The notes beneath the pieces are model-generated. The model was not told the origin of the DNA and made no database searches. It was given only the letters and a program-made list of their open reading frames with translations. Position numbers and translations under genes: made by a program. This document shows, one piece after another, positions 12,012 to 25,129 of a stretch of DNA of 64,000 nt; positions within the stretch are counted from its first letter, which is position 1; each line of letters begins with the position of its first letter. This stretch comes from the human T2T-CHM13v2.0 reference genome, Homo sapiens: NCBI RefSeq assembly GCF_009914755.1, contig NC_060926.1. One strand, 5' to 3'.

Positions 12012-15000
12012 CTAGCATTCCTTGATTCCTTAAACATTACTTTTAAGGAGAAGCTCCTGATTTTCATTTCTTTCATGCCAAAATCCCTCAGAAGACAGTG
12101 GATCTCTGAATACCTATCATCACCTGGAAACCACTGAAGAATGACCTGGTGGTATCATAATAGCCAAACAGTACACAACCAATGCATTTCTGGATTTTGG
12201 GCCTCTCTCTAGTGGTCAGGAATATACGTTTCCTTTATTTTAGAGCTGCAGAGACCCAAGATCATGTGTTCTCGTACTCAGATTGCCTGTGAGGTATAAA
12301 TATTTTAATTACATTCTCTCCAACCACTAAAGTTAGCTTTGCCACTGCCCCTCTGCCTATATCACAACTTAAATACCCCAGTCCCCACCTAACAGGTAAT
12401 TGTATGTGTGAACGTGTGTAACCTGGTTGAAGTTCCTCTAGTAATTGCAGAAAAAAAATACATTTTTAACATTCGTTTATCTCTCAACATTCTTAAAAAT
12501 ACTTTCTGGTCTACATATTGTTAACTGCATGATGAATAAACATTCGACTGAGGTACTTCATTATTTTGGGCTTTCAGGATTAGCCTAACTCCAATGAACT
12601 GATAGTCATTTTCCTCACACATAAAAATGAATGCCACAAATGGGAAAACCCTCCAAATTCTATCATATTAGATCAATGATACATGATATAGTACAAGAAG
12701 GAGAGAGACCAAAAACAATGACATTAGTAAGTATGGGTTAATTGAAAGATTGTTGGATAAATAATCGCTACTTAAAAAAAATGCCTGTGGTAAAATCAGA
12801 ATTCTGTTCTGAAATGTTAACTTCTTTAGCTTTGTATTTTGACTTTTCATGAAATTCAGTATCCTGTTCATTGGTTATTCTTAATTTATACATTGCTACA
12901 TTTAAACATGTGAGAAAGTAAAAATTAACTTGGACTAAGAAAGTAAAGGTCTACCTAGCCATCCATCAGGCTGAAATAACAGACATAGATGAAGTTAACA
13001 GTTAATTTATCGGGAAACAATATTTTTTCCAAGGACACACTGCAGGTGGAAAGTGTCATAATGACCTCCTTCACTCAATTGGAGACTGTGTTTTTACACA
13101 CTGAGAAACTTTGTTCTCTCAAATCATAGACTATCTGAAAATTTGCTCTTTGAAATTACATCAGTAAGAATTAAACACTGCATTCTTGCCTGGAGTACCA
13201 AAGTCACTTTGACACAAAGAGGTAACTCAGTTTCCAGCCTAGTCCTAGAGCTTCAAATATGGGGTTTCTAAACACAACCTTCTACCTTTATCTTGACTTT
13301 TTGGTTTCTAAGAAAACAAGATCCAGAATCCACTTTGCAGGCCATATTCTTTTTTACACAGTTCTGCTTTACACCTATTAATACCCGGCTTCATTTAAAT
13401 TTCTCTTATGCTCTACCCTTCTCAATCTTATAAAACTCCATCTTTCTTTCATTTAATGAGATGCCCCAGATTTCTGCTAGAATGTAGTTTCCTTCATTGC
13501 AATTGGTCAGTAAATTAGGTTTGTCCCTGGTGTTAATGGTCTGATTGGGCTGAGACACATGGTTAAATATATATGAAAAAAGATACATCTGATACATCAG
13601 GGAGAAATAGTACTACAATTTATAGGGATAAAGGGTTCAAGTTGAGTAAAGAATGTGAAAGATTAACTCATAAAATATGTGGCATGCTATCCTTTGCTTT
13701 TCTAGGGATGGACAGCAAATTTACCTCTAGGCATGCAAGTAGCAGTGAGAAACATGCAATCAGGTTCAAAGCTTGCAGTATTTAAGAAAAATCAAATCAA
13801 TTGCCTAGAAAAAGTTAAATTCTTTATGCCACTGGGATTTGCAAGAAATGTGTCCTCAGAAACACTGTGATGAAGTGAAATGTAGTCTCAACTCTCTCTA
13901 AATTGAATAGAGAATAGTAACATGTTCCACAAAGCAATTAATGTTATTGAAATTCCTCAGGACTAAAGAGCTGCTCTTGTCTGTGTCTACATTGATCACA
14001 TTACCTCTCATGACCTATCTGAATTGCAAGTCTCTCTTGCCATTATCTCATCCTCTGGGAAGTGATGGAGAGCCTTAGTCGAAGAGCATGCTCGTCTTAC
14101 ATGTACCTGCCAAGCTACTAGAAACATGGAAATTACGAGAAAGTGCACAGGCAGCTGCAGTCAGCCCCCTCATTCCATTTCCCATGATTTCTCCCAGAGT
14201 TTTGGCAATGTACAAATTAGGGAAATAAAAATATAACTCTAACTGGTCTGCTCAGAAATCCCCTATTATATGCATAAAATCATCCATACAATCATAAAGT
14301 ACTTACTTATTTTCTATCAAGGATATGGAGAAATAAAAAGAAGCAAGCTGTATGCTAAGGATATTATGGCTCTCCAACACCTTTAAGAAGATATACAAGG
14401 ACAAATAAACTCTTGAAAAGGAATGTGCTCATAGTTAATTTGGGTCCATACTTTAGGTTTCTAAAAGACTATTTTTAAATTTAAGTCCTAGTTTTTATGA
14501 AAGAGAAAAACAAAATTATATAATTTAAGGAATAAAATGCAAAATGTATACAAACTGTAACTTGAGAATATTGTTCATTGTAGGGAACAATATTTAATCT
14601 TTAAAAATATTTTAATGATTAAAATAAGATAAATATAATTTATTTAAGTATTTAAAATTAAAATTTATGATAATTTATCTAAAGTCAAAAGGGAAAAAAA
14701 CTGTCACAGCTATTAAAAATGCTTTCTGTTTCTTTATCTCAGTCTTGACAATTGTTCAAAATAAAAAAGTTCTGTTGTTTTAGTGAAGTTATCTTGCATC
14801 AATATTTTAAAGCATTTGAAAGTTCTGAAATTTTTTTCATACATACTTATTTTCATTCTGGTGGTGCTATTTTTTTGTGTGAAACTTTTTGAAAACATTA
14901 TCCATCAATCAAACCAGTATGTTTCAATGTTAGGTATTGTGAAAGCTAAGAAAATTAAAAAAAAAGACATATAAATTGCAAGGTTTGAGTTCTTGTCACA

Positions 15001-15130
15001 GAGGGATTTGTGACTCAGTTTGGGAGACATTTCTTTATTACTTATTATTATTAAATGTAAGCAAGTGTGGATCTAATGAATGCCAATTAGAGGCAGGCAA
15101 TATCCTAGGTGCTTAGTGACCCAGTGGTGG

Positions 15131-15300
15131 GTGTGTCAGTAGGGTCTTGGCAAGGATCAGATGGAACACTCAAACTGGGTAATTTAAGAAGCTCTTTACC
15201 AAACTAGAGGTGGATTTTAGGGAAGTCATCAAGGTATTGTGCTGCAAAGGCTGCCATCAAAGGGGAGTTGTTTCTACCTCCACTCTGTGGGTGGAGGTAG
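15131..15300 (-). mobile_element. Old LTR fragment (ERVL/MaLR-like)
   Basis: 'tgtgtcagtagggtcttggcaagg...acactcaaactgggtaatttaagaag' resembles the antisense 3' end of an old LTR. Confidence 0.35.
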
Positions 15301-15449
15301 CTCAGTGGATGTGAGACTAACATCTGACTGAAAAGAGAAAAGTGAGAGACAGCATGATGTGTCAGGAGAAGTAAATGTAATTATAATATTTTATTGTCAT
15401 TTTTAAGTGTATGTATGTATGTATTTATATGTTCATATTTGTGGTTTTT

Positions 15450-15508
15450 TTTGTGGAGATGAATAAACGTGGGAAATTTGTGGAGATGAATAAACGTGGG
15501 AAATTTGT
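15450..15508. repeat. Perfect 27-bp tandem duplication
   Basis: tttgtggagatgaataaacgtgggaaa twice (15450-15476, 15477-15503) plus tttgt. Confidence 0.95.
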
Positions 15509-16516
15509 AGGACTAGAATAGTTCAAACTTCTGATGCTATGTCAGTGGTGTAGAAGGAGAAAATGGATTATCCAGAAAGTATTTAAGAACATTAAGCGGG
15601 AATCACAGATGGAACATAACGGGAGCTGCGTAAGAAGCAGGAGTTAGAGATGAGTCTTAGTTTTTGGTTTTGTGGAATTTGAGATTTGTAATTTTATTTA
15701 CTGGAATAATTAATAGGGAAATGTAGTTGGTTTTGTAATATAGATTATTTTCCTGATTTCTAATCCCAAATTATTTCATTGAATTCTCTCATCCAAAATC
15801 ATTGATCTTTTCACCACTGGAACTTGAAATTTTGTATTTCTTGCTCTGATAAATAACTAGGCTCAATCCCTAATATTTGAGGAGCTTACAACAATACAAA
15901 TGAGGATGATGAAAATAAGTTCTTGCTTGGGCCACATAACTTTAACTTTAAAGAATAGTAAATAATATAACCAAATGTCCGTGATTGTGGTCCTGCAGTC
16001 AAAACCATAAAAGATAAATGAAAACTCAGTGTTATAAATTATTTCAAATACATAGATTCGATATAAGGTTCCATATTTCATATTTAGTTTGATATAATTT
16101 AAAAAGCCAGACATTATCTTTTAGAACTCACCAAGAACAGAGATCCTTTGTTTCTGTTTTAGGAGCTTAAATCAATAATTTAATTACTGTAGTTACCATT
16201 CTTCTCTTATCCTTACTAGGCCCCAGATTTCATATTGCTTTAATACAATTAGCTTATCTGTGTGTCTCATTTATATATTTATGGTTTGAGCAATTCTAGT
16301 TTTAAAAATAGTTAATTGCGATTGCAGAGTATATCTGAGTTAATTTAGGATTATAATGTGTAGTGTTCCCATACCATTAACTTATTTGGGAGCAAGGGAT
16401 ATTTAGGGGCAATGATGTTTTCCTAATATAAATAAGCGTTATTCCCAGATACTAGAAGTACCCAACTTCTCCAGAATCCTGATTTGTATCTGGACTGTGG
16501 AGTTTAAAATTTGGAG

Positions 16517-17255
16517 GGAAACAGTATGGAGGCCTCTCAAAAAAGTAAAAATAGGACTACCATATGATCCATCAATCTCACTTTTGGGTATATCCAAAGG
16601 AAATAAAATCACTATTTTGAAGAAATATCTGCATTCCCATGTTCCTTGCAGCATGATTCACAACAGTCAAGGATGGAAACAACCTAAGTGTTTATCAACA
16701 GATGTACTGATAAAGAAAATGTAAAAAAATATATGCATTGTATATAATAGAATATTATTTAGCCTTAAAGAGAAGGAAGTCCTGCTATTTGTGACAGCAT
16801 GGATGAATGGGAGGCCTTTATACTACATGAAATAAGCCAGGCACAGACAGACAAATACCACATAACCTCACTTATATGTGAAATTTAAAATAGTCAAACT
16901 TACAGAAAGAGAAAATAGGATGGTGGTTAACAGTGGTTACAAAGGGCAGTAATGCAGAGATGTGGGTTAAAGGGTACAAACTGTCATAAACTGAACAAGT
17001 TCTGGCGATCTGATGTATGACATGGTGAGTATAGTTAATCATAACTAACTATATACTGTATACATGAAATTTTCTAAGATAGTAGATCTTAAGTATTCTT
17101 ACCACATTAAAAAAGAGTAACTATGTGAGGTGATAGATATGTTAATTATCTTGATTGTGGCAATTATTTCACAATGTATATGTATACAAGTCACCACATT
17201 GTGCATCTTAAATATGTACAATTTTATTTGTCAATCATATCTCAATAAAGCTGAA
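16517..17255 (+). mobile_element. L1 (late L1MA / L1MB-type) 3' fragment
   Basis: ORF2 C-terminal remnant 'ETVWRPLKKVKIGLPYDPSISLLGI...WKQPKC' (ORF 16497). 3' end 'caattttatttgtcaatcatatctcaataaagctg'. Confidence 0.9.
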
Positions 17256-17622
17256 GAAAGCTGCTGGAAAAAGCAGAAAGTGTTACTCCTAAAGCTGTTA
17301 AATTTTAAGTACTGTATACTCAACCTCAACTGCTGAAGATCTTCTGCCTGAGTTTCAGAGGGAAGAGTTTATTGGGTTATAATTTTCACACAGATTAAAA
17401 ATGGTTAGGAGCTCCAGGAAAAGATCCTTTCTAAATTGTCTTTTCCTTACATTGTGATAAGTGCTTATATTACTTGGTATTGATTAAACATTTGTTTAAA
17501 TAGCTGAGGAAAAAAGGGAGAGAGATTGATTTTTTGTGGGGCGTTAAATCCTCCAAATTATTTACCATGAGAAAAAACACAGTAATTTTTAGGTAAACAG
17601 TCACTAGAGTTTCTCTCTGAAA

Positions 17623-17671
17623 AACACACACAGACACATACACAGATGCACACACATACTTGCACACACAC
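17623..17671. repeat. Imperfect (CA)n microsatellite
   Basis: acacacacagacacatacacagatgcacacacatac... Confidence 0.75.
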
Positions 17672-17881
17672 TGGGGATGTTTATTTACCTCTTATTTATG
17701 TTAGCTTTGAGGAATCTATGGAGACTCGTTATATTTATAATGATATAAAAATGCTCTTTCCTAATGTGCTTGCACTGTTAAAGCAATGTTGATAGTAAAA
17801 CAGTGTGAGAACATTCCAGGGATATTTTAAAGAGATTAAACCTTGACATGGAGCTATTTATTATAATAAAAGACATTTTTA

Positions 17882-18208
<327 letters not shown>

Positions 18209-18300
18209 CTAGTTTTTCATAGTATCTTTAAAAATCTATTGTAAATAAGTTTTCAAGAAAACGTCTGCAGCATCTTGTACATTGATACTCATAACATATA

Positions 18301-18652
18301 CAGTCTTGTGCCACATAAGGACATTTTGGTCAATGACAGACTGCTTATACTATGGTGAACGTATAGGATTATAATGGAAATACAACATTTCTGGTCTTTT
18401 ATGCCATATTTTTACTGTACATTTTCTGTATTTAGGCATACAAATACCATGGTGTTACAATTGCCTACAGTACTCTGTACAGTAGCATGCTGTGTAGTTT
18501 GTAGCCCAGGAGCAATAGGCTGTATCATATGTGCGTAGCAGGCTATAACATCTAGATTAGTGTAAGCACACTCTATGATGTTCAGACAATGATGAAATCA
18601 CCTAACAATGCATTCTTCGAGCATATCCCTGTCGTTAAGTCACACATGACTG
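18301..18652. mobile_element. Tigger3a/MER7-like DNA transposon MITE
   Basis: TIRs 'cagtcttgtgccacataaggac' and 'gtcgttaagtcacacatgactg', TA on both sides, ~350 bp. Confidence 0.85.
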
Positions 18653-19175
18653 TATTTACATAATTACACCATTTTAACATTTTAGCTCAAGTTTTAAATT
18701 CATAATAATTAAAAATCTGTTTTAAACTGAAGGTTTTGATTAATATATGCATGCCTCTACACTAAATATGCTATCTTAAGATTTAATGAAGTAGTGCTTT
18801 GATCTCAGCCCATGAAAAACAAATGAAGAGCAAATTTAAAAATTGGGTTATATTTCAGTGACGAAACTCTGCCACAGTGAAATAGTGTTCTTTGAAAAAA
18901 AATCAATAGATATTTGCAGCTTAGAAAAGCAAATCTTATTGTAGTTATGTCTTGTAAATGGCTCTTTCAATTCATTTTAAGTGCCAAAATACACTATAGT
19001 TGGACTTATGTTTAAGTATTATTTTTTACTACAATCACATAAAGTATCTCCTAACCAATTCTACCTAATGGTTTTCCTGGATAATGTGAATAGTTCTTTA
19101 TTTTCTTTATGGGGAAAATTAACCATGTATTTAGTTAACAGATTAACTATTGCTGATTCCTATTATAGTCAATAC

Positions 19176-19937
19176 TGTGATATTCTACTCAGATCCCCTT
19201 CCCAGAAATGACTGTCTCCTAACTGCTCTGTGTGCTGTTAGCACATACCCCCTTCAGGAAGTCTGATATAGTTTGGCTCTGTGTCCCCACCCAAATCTTA
19301 CCTTGAATTGTAATAATTCCTGTGTCAAGGGGAGGACCAGGGAGAGATAATTGAATCATGGGGGCAGTTTCCCCCATATTGTTCTCGTGATAGTGAGTGT
19401 GTTCTCATGAAATCTCATTATTTTATAGGAGGCTTCCCCCTTTGCTCAGCTCTCATTTTCGCTCCTGCAGCCCTCTGAAGAGGTGCCTTCTGCCATGATT
19501 GTAAGGTTTCTGAGGCCTCCCCAGCCATGTTGAACTCTGAATCAGTTAAGCCTCTTTTCTTTATAAATTACCCAGTCTCAGGTTTTCCTTCATAGCAGCA
19601 TGTGAACGGACTAATACAAAGTCCTTTAACTGAAGAATGCCATGTTCCTGGCTCAGCTTGCATCCAGTGATGGGTTAATGTGGATGATAAAGGTTAAGTC
19701 TCTTCTCTCCCAACTCAGTGCAATTCTGAAGGGTTATTCCAGCTCCAGAGTTCCCTGAGGGGTTGGCTGAGGCTTTTCTTGAGAATGAATCACAACCCAA
19801 ACTTTCCATCTGCCCAATCCCACTTTCTTCCTTATCTTTTCTTTTCACACTTATTGATCTCAAGAACAGTCCCTAATAATCCCTCTTTATGCTAACCTCC
19901 ATTTCAGAGTTTGCTTTTAAGGATGCAACCTGCAACA
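19176..19937 (+). mobile_element. LTR16-like ERVL solo LTR interrupted by a THE1
   Basis: 'tgtgatattctactcagatcccctt', 'caattctgaagggttattccagctccagagttccc', end 'ctccatttcagagtttgcttttaaggatgcaacctgcaaca'. Confidence 0.75.
19264..19618 (+). mobile_element. THE1 (THE1C/D-like) MaLR solo LTR nested in LTR16
   Basis: 'tgatatagtttggctctgtgtccccacccaaatc...ggactaataca'. Perfect TSD aagtc at 19259-19263 and 19619-19623. Confidence 0.93.
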
Positions 19938-20202
19938 CACACCGAAATCCCATGGCTTCCAGGCTGCTCTCAAGTATGCCCATACAATTGATTACTGCAA
20001 GCTTACCCTGTCCTGTGTTATTATAAAGAGTTAGGTGTATTTTCCCTAATTTATCTATTGTAGTTATTTTTGTAATTACATGATTTAACTGAAGACTATA
20101 TAAACAAGGTAAAAATGTGAATTTTTTTCTTCTGATTATTGTTTTTCATTAAAAATATTTGCAATGGAATTAGGTGTGGGCAAAAACAATTGCAATTTAA
20201 GG

Positions 20203-20472
20203 GGTTTTTTTGTTGTTTGTCTGTTTGTTTTGTTTTGTTTTTTTTGAGACAGAGTCTCGTCCTGTCACCCAGGCTGGAGTGCAGTGGCGCAATCTTGGCT
20301 CCCTGTCACTTCCACCTCCTGAATTCAAGAGATTCTACTGCCTCAGCCTCCTGAGTAGCTGGAATTACAGGTATCTGCCACCACACCCGGTTAATTTTTG
20401 TATTTTTAGTAGAGGCAGGGTTTCACCATGTTGGCTAGGCTGGTCTCGAAATCCTAACCTCAGTTGATCTGC
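20203..20472 (-). mobile_element. Alu (AluS-type), 5'-truncated
   Basis: T-rich tail then antisense Alu. TSD tgcaatttaagg at 20191-20202 and 20470-20481. Confidence 0.95.
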
Positions 20473-20733
20473 AATTTAAGGTATTTTAAATTGCAAAAAT
20501 CTATAAAATTTTATGAACAGATTGATTAAGTAGAATAAATTTTTTCTCTTTTCACTTATAAGAAATAAAAGCAAAAGTTATAGAAGATGTGTAATGGGTG
20601 TGTTTTAAATCAGAAAAACAGTGAAAAACTCTTCTCAACAGACCTATATTCAAAGACAAATCTTTAATTAAAATATCATTAAAAACATACATGTATATAA
20701 TTTTATTTACTTATTTTTATTTTATATTATAAT

Positions 20734-21016
20734 TTGAGACAGAGTCTTGCTCTATTACCCAGGCTGGAATGCAGTGGCATCATCTTGGTTCACTGCCAGA
20801 GCCACCTCCTGGGCACTAGCGATTTTCCCACCTCAGCCTCCTATAGCTGGGACTGCAGGCGTGCACCACCATGCCCAGCTAATTTTTGTATTTTTTGTAG
20901 AGATTGGGTTTTGCCGTGTTTCCCAGGCTTGTCTCCAACTCTTGAGCTCAAGCATTTCACCTGACTTGGTCTCCTGAAGAGCTGGAATTACAGGCATGAG
21001 CCACCATGCCCAACCT
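20734..21016 (-). mobile_element. Alu (AluJ-type)
   Basis: Antisense Alu with J-like features (e.g. 'cttgagctcaagc') and high divergence. Confidence 0.92.
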
Positions 21017-21324
21017 AATTTTATATTATAATAAAATATTTCAGTTGTAAATATGGGTTAAACATTTTTCACTTAGCCAATAAACTTACTGTCAAATGCA
21101 TCAGATAACAAAACACACTATACTGCATAATCAAAACAAGTAAAATATTATGACACCTTTATTTTTCATCTGTATTTTAAAACAAAGTTGAATATATGGA
21201 TAGAGATTATCTGAAGGGGTTTTAAAACTCTTGAAAGCCAGATGACCCAAGAAAGGAAGAACACACAGAAACTTCTAGTCTGCTTTGTGCCTCCCATCCT
21301 GTACTATGGCTACAAAGAGCCTGA

Positions 21325-21450
21325 TGAATTTGTTAAGATGCAGATTTGGATTCAGTATGCCAGTGGAGGGCTGGCATGGAGGGGCTGGAAGTTCTGCATC
21401 TCTAACAAGCTCCAGTCCAGGTAGATTCTATTGCTATGAGAACCAGCAAG
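21325..21450. mobile_element. MER5A-like hAT-Charlie MITE fragment
   Basis: 'ttgttaagatgcagatttggattcagt...ttctgcatctctaacaagctcc'. Confidence 0.6.
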
Positions 21451-21568
21451 ATCTAGAAAACTAGCTCAGCCATTTCAGTATAATTCATTTTTCCTTTGTT
21501 CCACTCTTAATTTGTACTTTACTTCTAACAAGGGGTTCCCTGTTAGTGAATTGCTTGTTATTCACCAT

Positions 21569-21916
21569 TGTATTAGTTCATCTTCACGCTCCTGATAAAG
21601 ACTGGACAATTTACAAAAGAAAGAGGTTTAATTGGATTTATAGTTCCACGTGGCTGGGGAGGCCTCACCATCATGGTGGAAGGCAAGGAGGAGCAAGTCA
21701 CATCTTATGTGGATGGCGGCAGGCCAAAAAATAAAAAAGCTTGTGCAGGGGAATTCCTCTTTATAAAACCATCAGATTTCGTGAAACTTATTTACTATAA
21801 TGAGAACAGAACGAGAAAGACATCCCCCATGATTCAATTACCTCCCACTGGGTCCCTCCCATGACATGTGGGAATTCAAGATGAGATTTGGGTGGGGACA
21901 CAGCTAAACCATATCA
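21569..21916 (-). mobile_element. THE1 (THE1B-like) MaLR solo LTR
   Basis: 'tgtattagttcatcttcacgctcctgataaagac...ggggacacagctaaaccatatca'. TSD accat/accac. Confidence 0.95.
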
Positions 21917-24900
21917 ACCACTTTTAAACTTTAATTCTATTCTACTTTTCCTGCTTTGTTTCTCCGTGTAAAACTCTATTAATTAATGTATGTTAGTCCC
22001 ATTAGGTTAACTATTAAGCCAACACCTAGTATGGTTAGAGCACAATTCTGAGGTGATTTTTGATAATATCTGATGGGATAATTCTTCCTCCTTTCCTACA
22101 GTTTCTGAGTCACTGGCTATAAGGTCCTATTGCAGAAATGAGTAGCTAATCATGCTGAGAAGTAGAATAGAGATATCTGATGGAATTGAATGAGTAGAAG
22201 TGTTGAACAGCAAGATCTGGCTGCAGTGGGAAAATATATATTTTAGCCTAGTGCTGATAATCACAAATAAAGTGTTCTTTTTCTGAGAAGATGAGATTGG
22301 ATGTATGTGTCTAACAGAAAAGGATTATAGAGCTAATACTGCATCTTGGTCAAAAAGGATGCTAGTTTTGTTTGTAACTTTTTCACATTATGAAGCTGGT
22401 AATAACAGTTATACAGGAAAAAAACTGTCCTATTTTTGAGATGTTCAATGTTTTTCTGTTTGTGGACATATATATTGGTTCATAGCACATTGCGTTATAA
22501 AAAGTTTGCATGTACTCATTCAACAAACTTTTCCTTGCATCCAAAATAATGGTTTTGGAATCTTGTTTCAAAAATTAGTTTTTCAAGTTGGCTGAGACAG
22601 TTATTAAAAAGCATTTCCTCTATTAATAATATTTGATAACAATAGGGTTCTTTTTGCTTGTAAAGAACAAATCCCAACTGCTTTTGTATTTTTCTCAACC
22701 TTGTTCCACATATTTAACTTTTTCATAAGCTCAAGAAAAAAGTACAGCTTTAATTATACAGCATTAAAATAATTGGGGAAAATAACTATATTTATAAATG
22801 TATTTTTTAGAAATAGACATAAAAAGACGTCAAATCCATTAGTGGTTTTTCCAAACAAAGAATTACTCTTTGGTTGTCTGTTTGCCATACATTACTAATA
22901 TTTCCTAGAAGGAACTCAGCAAATTCTTGTTGATTATATGACAGCATTCCAAATATTACAGGGACATCTTGTCTTCATTTAAGATATAATATTAGGGATG
23001 ATTTTGACTTAAATAATATATCAAACTTGATAGTATCAAACAGTAATTTCTCAGGCTAACAAAGAATCTATAATAAAAATAAAACAGCCTTCACCCTGTC
23101 TGAATATATATGACTTAATTATAATGTTGATTCAGAAGATAGTTCAGAGAATTTAGTGTTGCAGAAAAGACAAAAAGCCTTAATTCTGTTAAGATTAACT
23201 GCATAGACTTTAAAGATATCTTCATGGCAAAAAAATTCTAAAGTAAAAACAAAAAAAACAGGTATTATTCAAGCTGGTAATTCCTACCCTGACTCTGTAA
23301 GATATATCTGGTTTACAAATCTAAGTGCTCACTTGTCCTTTATTGTAAGCTTTAATAGTGTTATTGTTTTTTCAGGAAATAAAGTGTGGCTGTGATACCA
23401 CAGTTTACCATAGTATTTGTTGGCCAATACTGTCTGTAAACCTCTACCCTAATTATTAGCTTTGGTGGGAAAATCAGGAGAGGCAGCCTGCATGAGTAAG
23501 TTGTACCTCTCTCTTATAAATCCAAGATCCTGTGGTCGGATCAAAATAAACAGATTTAAATATTCTAATCTCAGAAGCGACATTCCATCATTCCCAAACA
23601 GACTCCTGAGATTTGTTACTATCCTGTAACATTTCCTTCTCAAGTAGCCACTATGGCTTATTACTAAATGTATGCATTTGATTTGAGATAGTAAACCTGA
23701 ATCTTGCCTTGACACCATTACAACTAAGCATATGAGGTTCCACAGTAGGGAACAACAACACAAAAGAATTTCACATCCTGAGATAAACTAAATACATATA
23801 TAACATCTTGCCTAGTGCTATCCTTCAAATAAATAGCAGACTTGAGCCCTTTCTTGTAAGTTGCTAACTTCCTAACACAAACAATTTTATCTCTGACTTT
23901 TGCAATACTGGCATCTGCAGATATGTGGATATTCTTACAGATATGATAATGCTGTAAAAAAACTGTTGCATCCTCCCATTGTGAAGTGAATGGCAATAAT
24001 CATGGTTTTATATTTTATATCAGACATACTGTATATTAGATATATAATACTTATGAAGTTTTATAAATATAAATATAAATATAAAACTTCTTATGAAGTC
24101 TGAACTCTCTTTCAAACCATTTGCAGGTAAAAATATACTTTTTATTTTCTTAATGCTTTTATCTGTAGCTTTTCTTTCCAAAGATGGAGGTCCCACCAAA
24201 TTGCTCAGATTTAACTACTGGTGCCAAGTAGATGGTTTTGTCCAAGAGATGTAACTAATGAGCTCCTCATACTCAGGTCAGCCTTTTCCAGCTCTAAGGA
24301 TAAATCTCATAATTCCCAGATAAGAAAGTTTTTCTCTTGCTGACTCATGTTACTATTGCAGATTCTAGTTCTTGGTGAAGTCTGGTTCTCTTTTGTACAA
24401 GTTTGCCAATACATGGCTTCTATTAGTGGTAGAACATTAGGAGCCTAGCTTTGATTATAATATCGGATTAACTGGTCTTTGTCAGGTAACAGAAAACAGA
24501 AAGTGTGAGCTTTTCTTTATAGCTGGCCTTTTTATTACTGTCTTTGTCTTGATGATTCTGTCACCTCTTTCTTGGGACACCCATGTCCTTGCCACCAGGT
24601 TATAAGATATCATAGGTTTAGTAGGACCATTAGCCAATATCAGTCGTCAGGTTGAAAAGTTGCTTGTGTCACTTTTTGTCTTCAATACAGAAGGTTATTT
24701 TGTCTTCTGACTTTCAGTAGCATATTTTTTTGTTGTTGTTGGACTTGTTTGTGTACCATTAGGACCTCAAATCATTAAAACAAAAACCACAAAACAAAAG
24801 CAAAGCTTTGTGCCCCGTGGAGTAAAGAGCAGCCCCTGGATTGAAAAACCGTAACAAGTTTGTCTCAGATACGTTTTGCACTCCTTGACTTTTCTATTAG

Positions 24901-25129
24901 AGAGCTAAAGCAATCAACAGGTGAGTTTTTGTTGAAAATAAATTGTGTGCTTCTCTTTTAACCTATGGCTAAATTTGTAAAACTGAGTGTGACAGTTTTC
25001 TGTGTGTATATTTGTGTAGATGTAAAAACACAGAATATTTTAGTATCTTTTTATAATTGGAGTGTTTTTTTTTTTGTCTGTGGCTGGCATATATTCAGTT
25101 GTTTTTGGACTCTGTATAGGTCATTGTTG

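Noticed and set aside
12244-12293. Possible 50-nt exon (ttttag|...gag|gtataa)
   Set aside because: Weak donor and no supporting context.
14084-14106. p53-like site (gagcatgctc ... ttacatgtac)
   Set aside because: Only one good half-site. The second has several mismatches and a spacer.
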